A stretch of DNA of 64,000 nt from positions 1 through 64,000 of IMG/VR virus record IMGVR_UViG_3300025648_000012. The stretch is one strand, 5' to 3'. The position numbers were made by a program, and so were the translations under genes. Shown here piece by piece: positions 29,090 through 38,611 of the stretch (position 1 is its first letter; each line of letters starts with the position of its first letter). This DNA is from a virus. Under the pieces are notes generated by a model, which saw nothing but the letters and a program-made list of their open reading frames with translations, did not search any database and was not told the DNA's origin.

Positions 29090-30487
29090 TTAAAATACTG
29101 ACAGGCTATTTGCTTTCAAACTCGCTAATACTGAGGTTGATTGCAATGCCTTTGCAGTTACAACATTACTGTTTTTCATGGGAGCAAGCAACGCTGCAAC
29201 TGCGGGGGTTTGTCCAACTTCTAAACTGTCGTCGTCCTCTTCTTCCTCTCCACTTGGTACAGTTGGAGTATTCGTCATGTCAAAGGCTTGAACATAACCG
29301 AGTCTTACTTGGTCATTCCAGGAAGCTACAACCTTGGCTTTTTCCAACAAAGCCTTAGTATAAGTAATTCCTTCTGTTGCAAATACATTAGCAACCAAAC
29401 GGGCAGCGCCCTTAACTCCAACAGCTTCTAATTGAGCTACCAATGAGTCTTTAAGGCTATTCTTAACATCCTTGAATACACCTTTATTGATTCCAACTGC
29501 AGCAATAGCCAAAGATTGTTCCAAAGCTGCATCTTTACGTTGGTTTGATTTAAGGTATTGCTGAACAGAAGATTCTACACGCTTAGTTACGTTTGCTTTA
29601 ATAGCTTTATCCGCAATAGATACTTTAGCCAGTACAAAACCGGATTTAACTAAACCTTTTCTCAAACCATCTGTAGAAACGTTGCTTTTAACAACTTCCA
29701 GATATTGAGGAGTGTTATAAAGATCAGCAACACCGATCTTTGCTGCGCTTCGTTTAGTTAAGGTAGCAACAATACGGTTGCTCACAATGGCGTGAACGTT
29801 GGCCCCAACTTCCACCATTTCTGGTTCTACTTCATCATCCATATCATCTGCGTCTGCCAAAGTAACATCATCTGCATTTGGCTCTTCAAAAGCTTCTGGA
29901 GACTCAAGATCTTCAGTTGCAGCTGTTTCTTCTTCTTCAACTGGAGGCAATTCTACCTCTCCACCTTCTTCAAAGAAGACAGGAAAATCTTCATCTCCTT
30001 CGTTGTCTTCCTCAACTAGTGCGTCATCTTCGTCATCAAATTCCGCAGTTTCTTCTTCTCCAAATTCCGTTTCTGGAACTTCAATGGTTGGAAGATCGCC
30101 TTCATCCAATGAGGAATCGACTTCTACCTTTTTCTCAAACTCACCGTTGGAATCATCGTCCATTTCGATATCTTTTTCATCCATATTGTTGAGTTCTTCT
30201 TCATCTTCCATACCTTCATTTCCAGCAACTTCCATGTGAAGGTTAGAACCATGAGCATCGGGTTCTGCAAGAATTCCAGCAATGGTTTTAATTGCATTTT
30301 TGGAAGCCTTGAGCTCTTTCGTTTCTTGCTCATTGTCTTTATGAGTGTTGCGTTCTGGAGTTGGGGGTTTTCCATCAGTAAGAATGTTAGCATCCGCATT
30401 CCTAACTGCTACACCTGAACGTTCTGCTTCACCTAGCGTATCGTTTCCAATATGCCCATTGCTTGCTTTAAGTCTCATGGAGTACAC
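29090..30487 (-). CDS. Acidic scaffold / prohead core protein
   Basis: Very D/E-rich; upstream of capsid genes; late motif at 30547. Confidence 0.55.
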   Translation of the reverse strand: MYSMRLKASNGHIGNDTLGEAERSGVAVRNADANILTDGKPPTPERNTHKDNEQETKELKASKNAIKTIAGILAEPDAHGSNLHMEVAGNEGMEDEEELNNMDEKDIEMDDDSNGEFEKKVEVDSSLDEGDLPTIEVPETEFGEEETAEFDDEDDALVEEDNEGDEDFPVFFEEGGEVELPPVEEEETAATEDLESPEAFEEPNADDVTLADADDMDDEVEPEMVEVGANVHAIVSNRIVATLTKRSAAKIGVADLYNTPQYLEVVKSNVSTDGLRKGLVKSGFVLAKVSIADKAIKANVTKRVESSVQQYLKSNQRKDAALEQSLAIAAVGINKGVFKDVKNSLKDSLVAQLEAVGVKGAARLVANVFATEGITYTKALLEKAKVVASWNDQVRLGYVQAFDMTNTPTVPSGEEEEDDDSLEVGQTPAVAALLAPMKNSNVVTAKALQSTSVLASLKANSLSVF

Positions 30488-30579
30488 CTCATGTTAGTTA
30501 GTACAAAGTTGTAAAGATGGATTAACTTTAACTCCTTCTCAACCTTAAATTGTGGTTTGCAAAATTAAGCTTGTTTTTG

Positions 30580-33500
30580 TTACTTTTGTTTTTCGTCAAC
30601 TTCAGCAAATTCTGACTGTTTAGCATTTGGTAAGTTACGGTAAGTAAATTTTGCAAGGTAATCTTTAATGGATTCAGCATTACCTATGGAAATACCGGAT
30701 CTTACTATGCGGTTCAACAACGTAATTGCAGACTTTTTAGAGGCAATGGATACAGATATTGATGCAGGAGCACGTCTCCACGTAATTCCTGGTACTTGTA
30801 CTGCAATTACTTTCTTAGTTGCTGCTTGATTTAGCGGCATAGTAATGTAAGCTTTGCCTGCAACCTTTCTCGTTAAACTAACTGATTTTTCCACTGACTT
30901 ATCTTGTATTTCGTTTGCATCGCAGATTAAAGGATACATACGAACTGCCTTAGGATCTGCAGACGGTGTTCTAATCAAACGCTGCATCTGCTGCAATTTT
31001 GCCTGTGCTGGGACGTTGAGTATATGTTTGTGCGTTGTTAATCCTCCATTTTTAAGTTCGGTGGATAAAAGTTTCATGGCTGCAATGTCAGAACGGTCAA
31101 ACGTAAATTTCTTAGCCTGCAATGTTGCTCCCCATTTAGCCAATCTTTCGGCATTTGGCACATACGCTTGCACCCAAGGCGAGTCTTTTCTTAAGCCCAT
31201 TGCTTCTAATCTACTCTTTACAGCTTCGTCAGAGCCATAATATGATAAGTGCAAATATCCGTTCATTACTTCCAAGAACAAGTCAGCTTTAAGCTTTTTG
31301 CCAACTTTAGGCAGCAACTCAGGAGTTCTTTCCGCCTGTTCTTTTTCTCTTAATGCTTTTTTGGATAATGCTCTATTTATCATCTTTATTGGGTTAGTCT
31401 TTATAGGAACTGTTGTTTTGAAGCCTACTTTACCTGCAATTAGTTCCCGCATATCCTTGCCGTTTGTTTCTGTTCTTGTAATTAAAAACGCTGCTGTTAT
31501 ATTAACTACCATTACTGTGAAATCATCGAACCTTACTTTAACAGAACGGGGAGTATAGGTTCCATCTTTTAGTTTTCTAAACAATACTCCAATTATTACT
31601 CCATCTCCGGCATCACAATGAACAGGTAAACCAAGTAGAGGCGCTGCTAATGCTTTCTTTTGTTCTTTGATTGCTACGCTATCGTTTTCTTCTGTATCCT
31701 CTGTATCCTCTGCTGTATCTCCTGTTGAATCCTCTTCTTCTTCTTCTTTTGCAGCTTCTAATCCTAAATGTACATCCAACCGTACAAGACCAAGATCTTT
31801 AGCAGCATACAACTCGGTTCCTCTGCAGTAAGGAACTCGGCTTAGAATTGCACATCCTTCTGGGTCTTTAGCTTTTGTAACTAAGGTTGGTTTAAGTCCG
31901 CCTTCCTTAAGTTGTTGTTTGCAGTATACGTCAATGTCTTCTAGCATTAAGTCTTGCAGCATACTCATGGAATGCTGATAATCTGCCAAGTTTGTCTTAA
32001 AGTTGTTCATTGTTTTAATGTAGAACAGCTTCATAGGAATTACTGGCATTGCAGGTATGTTTTCGTACCTTGAGTCTCCAGTATTATCGAACTGAGCTAT
32101 GGTTATCTGTTTGGCTTTTAACCTTGCGGCTTTAGTTACATCGTAAGTCGTGTCCGCAATAATTGTAAGGAAGAGTACTTGGTCTCGGCTATCCGTTGCA
32201 TTTTTCAAATCTGGTCTAAAAATGCGAGAATCTCCTTGCTCTTGTTCCCCTGGTGTCCAGCAACCTTCTATTCTAACCAACGTAGAGCAGCCACCAGATT
32301 GAAGATTAAGGCCAGTTTCTAAACTATCCCGAATACCTATCATCCAGGAATACTTACTCGATGCAAACCTTTGTAAATCTTGTTCTTTAGAACTTGTCTT
32401 GTAGTTAATGCCTTTTGCTCTCAAGTCAGCGGGCATTGCCTCAAACAAGATGTTAGTTGAGTTGTTGTAGTTGGTAAACACTAATACTTTTTTACCATTT
32501 TTAGTATGCTCTCTTAAAATCTCCTCTAACGCTTTAGCTTTAGGAGATTTGAGGTCATCCCCAGTCAAAGGTTCTACCACTGTTTCTAGAGGGTCAACAA
32601 TGCGTTCTCCCTGCTCGGTTATTGTAACCGCATGGAATCTTAGAGTTCTTCTTCCTTGGGTAGAAGGGTCTGTAATAAATTGCTCAAGTATGGATAAGTA
32701 GGGAATTAGCTCACCCTGTTCAGCATCAATATCCTCTTCGTCTTCACTATCCTCATTTTCTTCTACAGCTTTCTTTTTACCAGTTAAAACATCAATTGCT
32801 CTTTTAGCTTTACGGCCTTCTGCACCTTTCCCTTTTTCAGCTGTTTCTACAATGGAGCTAACCATTTCTTCAAAAAGTCCATCATAAAATTCTTTTTGCC
32901 TTTCAGTTAGTTGCACAGATAGAAAGGCGTCGTGACGCTCTGGTAGTAGAGAAGCCCACTCTTTTCTTTTAGCAGTAGCCCAAACTGTATTATTTTTAAG
33001 GTGGTCTTTTAGAGTAGCCAAGGAAACCTCTCCTGAAGTTCTCCACTTAATTACTCTATTACCCTTAACTTCTAATCCATACTTTTCGTTAAACTCATCT
33101 CTTGAGCCAAGAATAGTAGGGTCAAGTAAAGCCATTTGCCCAGGTAAATCAGATGGAGAGTCAGGATTAAGTGTACCAGAAGCTATTCTTTTCTTTTTAA
33201 TATCTGCAACGAGTGATAGAACGGCACGGGCTCTTCCACTCTTTAAGTTTTTAAGAAAGTGAGATTCATCCATGAATACGTACTGAATACCATACTCCTT
33301 CAAGAATTCTTGAACAGGGTAAACAAAAACAGGAGTCGTACCGTAGGCGGTAACTTTTGCTCTATATTTTAGAGCATCGTAGTCAATTATGAGAATTGTA
33401 TTCTTGGGGGCGTTGTTAAGTATTTCTCTATAACGTTCAAACCCAGATTGGCGAATGTTAAACGAAGTTACAGGAATTGCGTTTAACCTTCCTTCCGTAA

Positions 33501-35334
33501 AGTACACTATTTCCGATACGTAGTTTGCAATTAGGGTAGAAGGGCACATAACTGCGAAAGGACCTTCTGCTCCTTTGGCTAATTGGTCAAGTACATCAGT
33601 AACTCCCATTAAAGTTTTTCCACCCCCAGCGGAGTAGTCATACACTCCTAAATCTGGGTCATCTCTCATGAGATTACGGCCACGAACTTGGTGAGGCAAA
33701 AGCCCACGTTGTTCTGTCAAAACTTTACCAACTAAAGGTAATGCAGGTAATTTCCAATCTTTGTCAATGGCTTGAGAAGTGTAGGGCTTAATTACCGTTT
33801 TAGCTTCAACTAACCCTTCTGGAGTACAATATGAGCTAATTAACTGCAAAAATCCTAAACTGGATAACACATTAGAAACAGAATATTGACTGCAAACTAC
33901 ATCTAACCTCTTTAGAATTGCTGCACACAGCGTTTTAAGGAACTCTAAAACTGGAAACAGTTCTGATTTGAGCAAATATACCATAGGAGTGTTTTCTCCG
34001 TGGTAGTATGCTCCACATACAGTTAAGTAGTAGTCCTTAATTGATGCAGAATCCTTGAGTATTGAGTTAAGCCGGTTATTAAGAGCGTACCCTTCTCCTC
34101 TCATTTCCTGCAATTCTTTAGAAGGAATAATAGCATTTTTTGAATAAGAAGTAGGTAGTACAGAAACTCCTAGCATCTTACTGTAAATTTCAAACCTTTC
34201 AATCGTCTTTTTGTCTAGAGCATATCTAAACAAAATGTTCATTGCAGATTGAGCATTGCAAGCTCTAAATCTTGATAACTCAGTTGTAACTACATTGCCT
34301 GAAGTGTTAGTGTATGTAAATTTGTTGTTAATGTAGTCAACTAAAAGAATTTTGTTAGTAGGTAATTTGGCTTTTATTTTGTTTTTAATATCTACTTCGC
34401 CATACGTCCCATCTGGGTGCTGCATTTCTCCAATAACTTGGGCTTCATACGCGTCTACCTCATTATGTACTACTGGAAGGTACATTGGTTTACCTTCCAT
34501 ATCAATAGTAATGCCGTAGGAGTCTACTCGAGTTTGTTTTGTAACTTTTGGCAAAGTAGAAGCAATAATTTTGAGAGGAAGAGCATTTGTAGCATGTTGC
34601 TTTGGAATAAAATCAGCGTCTGCCCATTGTCTAAGTAGAGGATACATATCTACTAAACGAAGAGTATCAAAGGGCGTGTTATATAGAATTTCACATTCCA
34701 ATGGAGTTATTAAAAACTCTAAAAATACAATGGAACCATTATCTACAGTTTCAATATGGCAGCCCTTAAGACATTGCCTAAGAATAGTTAAAAGTTCTGG
34801 AGAAATATCAGGGCGAAGAAGATTACTTACTTCAATGGAAGTTGGAAGTTTATCTGTACCGTTGCTTGGAGATTTTGCTCCACTTCTGCTGTAAGGAAGA
34901 AAGTCAACGAATAGACTTCCAACAGTGCCATTTGAAGACACACCGACAGGTACAGTAACGCTCAACCCACTAGGTTGTTTTTTGATTGTTAAATACTTTG
35001 GAATTGACCCTTCATTACTTTCTGTTCTATTCATACTCCACTGTCTAAGAGTTCGAGTATTGGTCATGGCCGCTATTTTTGAGTCTTTTTCTTTCTTAGC
35101 AAAAGCTACTGGAATTGGAGTATCCAAGTCTTTCGCAACAGCTTCCAATACCATCTTAAAAAATAGGAACCGAGCATCCCCTTTGTAATTGTGAGTAAAC
35201 AAAGCAAGGAATTTTTCACCTTTAGCCTTCTTTTCTACAGCGGGATGTAGCGGAGTAAGAACAAGAGTTGAAGTTTGCGAATTTGGTGTAAAAGCTACTA
35301 AATTAGTCATTGTTTTCATACTTTTTATATCCAT
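30580..35334 (-). CDS. Large SNF2/SF2 helicase-like protein
   Basis: LLPHQ, YSAGGGKT, MDESH, SGT, TGLNLQ, QGDSRIFR. Confidence 0.85.
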   Translation of the reverse strand: MDIKSMKTMTNLVAFTPNSQTSTLVLTPLHPAVEKKAKGEKFLALFTHNYKGDARFLFFKMVLEAVAKDLDTPIPVAFAKKEKDSKIAAMTNTRTLRQWSMNRTESNEGSIPKYLTIKKQPSGLSVTVPVGVSSNGTVGSLFVDFLPYSRSGAKSPSNGTDKLPTSIEVSNLLRPDISPELLTILRQCLKGCHIETVDNGSIVFLEFLITPLECEILYNTPFDTLRLVDMYPLLRQWADADFIPKQHATNALPLKIIASTLPKVTKQTRVDSYGITIDMEGKPMYLPVVHNEVDAYEAQVIGEMQHPDGTYGEVDIKNKIKAKLPTNKILLVDYINNKFTYTNTSGNVVTTELSRFRACNAQSAMNILFRYALDKKTIERFEIYSKMLGVSVLPTSYSKNAIIPSKELQEMRGEGYALNNRLNSILKDSASIKDYYLTVCGAYYHGENTPMVYLLKSELFPVLEFLKTLCAAILKRLDVVCSQYSVSNVLSSLGFLQLISSYCTPEGLVEAKTVIKPYTSQAIDKDWKLPALPLVGKVLTEQRGLLPHQVRGRNLMRDDPDLGVYDYSAGGGKTLMGVTDVLDQLAKGAEGPFAVMCPSTLIANYVSEIVYFTEGRLNAIPVTSFNIRQSGFERYREILNNAPKNTILIIDYDALKYRAKVTAYGTTPVFVYPVQEFLKEYGIQYVFMDESHFLKNLKSGRARAVLSLVADIKKKRIASGTLNPDSPSDLPGQMALLDPTILGSRDEFNEKYGLEVKGNRVIKWRTSGEVSLATLKDHLKNNTVWATAKRKEWASLLPERHDAFLSVQLTERQKEFYDGLFEEMVSSIVETAEKGKGAEGRKAKRAIDVLTGKKKAVEENEDSEDEEDIDAEQGELIPYLSILEQFITDPSTQGRRTLRFHAVTITEQGERIVDPLETVVEPLTGDDLKSPKAKALEEILREHTKNGKKVLVFTNYNNSTNILFEAMPADLRAKGINYKTSSKEQDLQRFASSKYSWMIGIRDSLETGLNLQSGGCSTLVRIEGCWTPGEQEQGDSRIFRPDLKNATDSRDQVLFLTIIADTTYDVTKAARLKAKQITIAQFDNTGDSRYENIPAMPVIPMKLFYIKTMNNFKTNLADYQHSMSMLQDLMLEDIDVYCKQQLKEGGLKPTLVTKAKDPEGCAILSRVPYCRGTELYAAKDLGLVRLDVHLGLEAAKEEEEEDSTGDTAEDTEDTEENDSVAIKEQKKALAAPLLGLPVHCDAGDGVIIGVLFRKLKDGTYTPRSVKVRFDDFTVMVVNITAAFLITRTETNGKDMRELIAGKVGFKTTVPIKTNPIKMINRALSKKALREKEQAERTPELLPKVGKKLKADLFLEVMNGYLHLSYYGSDEAVKSRLEAMGLRKDSPWVQAYVPNAERLAKWGATLQAKKFTFDRSDIAAMKLLSTELKNGGLTTHKHILNVPAQAKLQQMQRLIRTPSADPKAVRMYPLICDANEIQDKSVEKSVSLTRKVAGKAYITMPLNQAATKKVIAVQVPGITWRRAPASISVSIASKKSAITLLNRIVRSGISIGNAESIKDYLAKFTYRNLPNAKQSEFAEVDEKQK

Positions 35335-35909
35335 TTTCTAATGTGGCGGGAATTAGGAGTAATTGACTTCCAAAATTTTAGAATTTCCGGTAAAGTTGAA
35401 CGAGTAGGAGTAATGGGGCACTGCAATTCGTAGCCAAAATACCACCACTTACTTCCCCTTACTGGGTTATAGAACCAAAAGGTAAAGTTAGAGTTTAACT
35501 TGAGGTACCACCTATGCTTTGAATCCCATATTCTGTAAACTCTGTACCTTAGTGGGAATCTATAGAGGCGAGTTTGCAAGTAGAGTTTGCCTAGCTCTGC
35601 TTTAGCTTGTACTTTAATAGTAAACCCACCATTCTCGTTTTCTTCTATGGTTTGTTGGTAAAACCACGTATTTATGGAGTCGGGTAAGGGGTTAACAATT
35701 CTAAAGAACAAAGCTAGTATGCTTTTTTGAAACTTAAGGTAAATTTGAATAGGTTGAGTTTGTTTAGTTTTCAGGCTTAATCCCTGATCTTTAACCAACT
35801 TGTAAAAATACTTAGTAGCTACAGCCAAATCTGCATCGTACTTATCCGTAGCTATAATCCAAAGTGGAAGTAAATCCAAGTTAGTATTTTTTGGAAATGG
35901 GAACTTCAT
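35325..35909 (-). CDS. Hypothetical protein
   Basis: Late motif at 35922 directly upstream. Confidence 0.6.
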   Translation of the reverse strand: MKFPFPKNTNLDLLPLWIIATDKYDADLAVATKYFYKLVKDQGLSLKTKQTQPIQIYLKFQKSILALFFRIVNPLPDSINTWFYQQTIEENENGGFTIKVQAKAELGKLYLQTRLYRFPLRYRVYRIWDSKHRWYLKLNSNFTFWFYNPVRGSKWWYFGYELQCPITPTRSTLPEILKFWKSITPNSRHIRKWI

Positions 35910-35939
35910 TTTTCAACCATTAAATTGTGGTTTGCAGAA

Positions 35940-36902
35940 TTAAGAATTGCGTGGATTATAGAACCTATGTCCATCATCGAGGGGGATTTCCTTAAGTATG
36001 TACTCTAGAGCATCAATGGAAGTTTTTACTTTTGCTAACTCCAAGGAGGTCATTACTTTTTCTTTGTACTCTTCTAGCTTGTTTTCGTTAACATTAGGTT
36101 GAGACGTCATGGCATCAATGGATTCAAGCATTATATCATTTTCTTTCTTTGCTTTTTCTAACTCGCTTAGCTTTTCTGTTAGTTCTTTGTGTTTCCAATA
36201 AGGCATTCTTAACTGAATGTTTAGATTGCTATGTTTACTAACTTGTCTTTTATACAGGCTGTCCTGATAGAACCACGCAGCATTCTTTTTAACATCTACA
36301 ATAGACTTACCAGATGCTGGGGGTCCGGCGACTCCATTAACTATTGGAATAACCCACTTACCGAAAAGTATATTTCTAACCTCTAGTTCAAAGGAGCTTA
36401 GGGATACTGTTGCTACTGTTTTTGGTACCCTTGCGCTCATTAACTGTTTAAGGGCGTCTAAAGCCTGTAAGGGGTTATAGACAGCATGAATTCCTATTCC
36501 ATTATTGCTTACCCATTGCTCAATGTTGCTTTTATCATCATCAACCAGTACCTTGTTTCTTCCAGAATAATTCTGTTTTAAGTGCTTACCAGGAACAATA
36601 ACTGCAGGTAAAGAAATTCTATGAAAATGTAACCATCTTATTTTTTGTGGAACTATTCTGGAATGAAAATCGTTACTTACGGAAGAGGAAAGAATGGAAA
36701 CAGGAACATTAAGAGACAAACAATACTCAACTAATTGCATAGCCCCTGGAAGTAGGGGTAAAACCTCAAAGCCACGAAGGTCAATAAAAGAGTTAAACTT
36801 GTTAGTATCATCTGGAGAATGGTTACCTACTAAATCGGAAAATCCAGAATTAAAATCAGCAAGGATTCCGTCCTGGTCTAAAAAGATTTCTTTGATAGTC
36901 AT
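35940..36902 (-). CDS. HAD-family 5'(3')-deoxyribonucleotidase with C-terminal extension
   Basis: FLDQDGILADF, ILSS, K..W, LVDDD. Confidence 0.8.
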   Translation of the reverse strand: MTIKEIFLDQDGILADFNSGFSDLVGNHSPDDTNKFNSFIDLRGFEVLPLLPGAMQLVEYCLSLNVPVSILSSSVSNDFHSRIVPQKIRWLHFHRISLPAVIVPGKHLKQNYSGRNKVLVDDDKSNIEQWVSNNGIGIHAVYNPLQALDALKQLMSARVPKTVATVSLSSFELEVRNILFGKWVIPIVNGVAGPPASGKSIVDVKKNAAWFYQDSLYKRQVSKHSNLNIQLRMPYWKHKELTEKLSELEKAKKENDIMLESIDAMTSQPNVNENKLEEYKEKVMTSLELAKVKTSIDALEYILKEIPLDDGHRFYNPRNS

Positions 36903-36906
36903 GTAG

Positions 36907-37101
36907 TTAGTGCCTTAGTATGGGTTTAATAGTTTCCTTGGGAAAGCCATTAACTAAGTAATCTATGTTTTTTCTAAGTTCATCTCGTTCTTCTGCTAAT
37001 TGTACAATTAACTCTTTAGATTTTTGAAGTAAATCCATGCAGGATTTTAGCGTACTTAAGTATACTTGCTTTTCTGCACTATCCATGTCTGCACTATCCA
37101 T
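36907..37101 (-). CDS. Hypothetical protein
   Basis: Duplicated start MDSADMDSA. Confidence 0.5.
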   Translation of the reverse strand: MDSADMDSAEKQVYLSTLKSCMDLLQKSKELIVQLAEERDELRKNIDYLVNGFPKETIKPILRH

Positions 37102-37113
37102 GAAGTATTCCTT

Positions 37114-37857
37114 TTACTTATTTTGAGTTGGAGATGAAAGTATTTCTTGACTTAGGGCAACTGCCCACGCAGGGTTCTCAACAATAGATAACTCCACTGG
37201 TTCCAACCCATACGCATTAAGATAAACTAACTGACCATTTTCCTCTCTCCAATTAACCGTATCCGTAGATTGAATATGAGAACAGTTTTTCCATTGTGTT
37301 TTTGTAGCTTCCGCGCCGCAAATAGAGCACCTAAATTCTGTCGCATTACACCCCATACTAAACGTATCACGCTGTTTAGTAACAAATTCGTGAGCCATAT
37401 CCGGGCTCTTTTGAGTATCAATCCCAGCTACACCCATTACTTTCCAATACTTACCGTTTCCATACCCTGCTATTGGAGTTAAGTAAGAGTCAAAAACAAC
37501 ACCGTGCGCATCGGTATGAATGGCAGATTGATGTTCTTCATGAACAGGGCAGCCTGTCCACGCCTTATAAACCTGGCGGGCAACTGGAGGAGCGATGAAA
37601 CGAGCTAATTCCGCAGCAGGAAAAGCTATTCCGTTTCGGTTAGGAATGTCTGATGGGCAAATAATAGTAGGAATTAGTAAGTAATCCTCAATGTTGGGAG
37701 AAATGTTGTAAAGCTTAGCTGCAAAAGGAAGCCAAGATACATCTATTCTGTCCGCTATTTCCTTCTGCTTTTCTTCCGTAGGTACTTCTACTTTTACTGC
37801 ATCGGCAGTTATGCTAGCTTGCCTAAACTCTCTCGGCATTGTGTGTGATATTTTCAT
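37114..37857 (-). CDS. Prohead maturation protease
   Basis: NRNG, VHEEH, HGVV, FSMGC, CSICG, ELSIVENPA; start MKISH at 37857 overlaps the upstream stop (ATGA). Confidence 0.75.
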   Translation of the reverse strand: MKISHTMPREFRQASITADAVKVEVPTEEKQKEIADRIDVSWLPFAAKLYNISPNIEDYLLIPTIICPSDIPNRNGIAFPAAELARFIAPPVARQVYKAWTGCPVHEEHQSAIHTDAHGVVFDSYLTPIAGYGNGKYWKVMGVAGIDTQKSPDMAHEFVTKQRDTFSMGCNATEFRCSICGAEATKTQWKNCSHIQSTDTVNWREENGQLVYLNAYGLEPVELSIVENPAWAVALSQEILSSPTQNK

Positions 37858-38072
37858 TGAGTAATCCATCCAGTTAGTTTCTTTTTGCCTGTATTCCACT
37901 TACCTTTTACGTTGCCCTCCGAATCTATAGCTACTAATCCTAGTTCCTCAATTCCTTTTCTTTTTTCAAATTTTGTGGTTAGTCCTAATTTATTAACCTC
38001 ATCTAACCATTTTTGGTAGTCATCAAAAGGCTGTATTATATTTGAAGGTATAAAATGTGCGGTTAGCTTCAT
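37854..38072 (-). CDS. MKLTAHF-leader protein
   Basis: Leader variant. Confidence 0.65.
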   Translation of the reverse strand: MKLTAHFIPSNIIQPFDDYQKWLDEVNKLGLTTKFEKRKGIEELGLVAIDSEGNVKGKWNTGKKKLTGWITQ

Positions 38073-38611
38073 TTCTTTTGGATAGGCATAGGTTGAGTCT
38101 CCACCGATTGCTTGAGTAGAGCTTTAAGAGACAAAGTGTCCAAGTTATTTATTTCCTTATTTTCTCCATTTTCTAAAAATCTTAAATCCCAAATTTTGTC
38201 TTTATTTTGGCAAACTACAAATAGCGTATTTCTTGGAAGAGTAATGCCCTTTACTTCCATTGGTTTTGAAGTAACAAAGTAGGAGTAACCAAACTTGAGT
38301 CTAGTGTTCCTATGAAACTTTAGCAACCGCTCTAATTCTTTTGAAAATACTGAGTCTAGAGAAGAGTTTGTTACAGTCTTAACCGTTAGGGAGTATAGTA
38401 TACTCCCTATTAACTCCTGCCCTATATTGTGCAATTTACCCTGTTTGGTTAATATCCAAAAAGACTTTTTACCCCTAATTGCATCAGGCATTTCCTTGTT
38501 TTCTCTTACTGCGACTTTATCGCCTTTTTTCAAACCGTTAAAGTCTTCTCTAACAGTTTTAATAGCCCAAGTGTAGTAAGAGGATTTAATGAAATTAGAG
38601 GTAAGTTTCAT
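38069..38611 (-). CDS. MKLTSNF-leader protein
   Basis: Leader variant. Confidence 0.65.
   Translation of the reverse strand: MKLTSNFIKSSYYTWAIKTVREDFNGLKKGDKVAVRENKEMPDAIRGKKSFWILTKQGKLHNIGQELIGSILYSLTVKTVTNSSLDSVFSKELERLLKFHRNTRLKFGYSYFVTSKPMEVKGITLPRNTLFVVCQNKDKIWDLRFLENGENKEINNLDTLSLKALLKQSVETQPMPIQKK

Noticed and set aside
26849-30418. Plus-strand ORFs opposite capsid and scaffold genes
   Set aside because: Antisense shadows of codon-biased structural genes.
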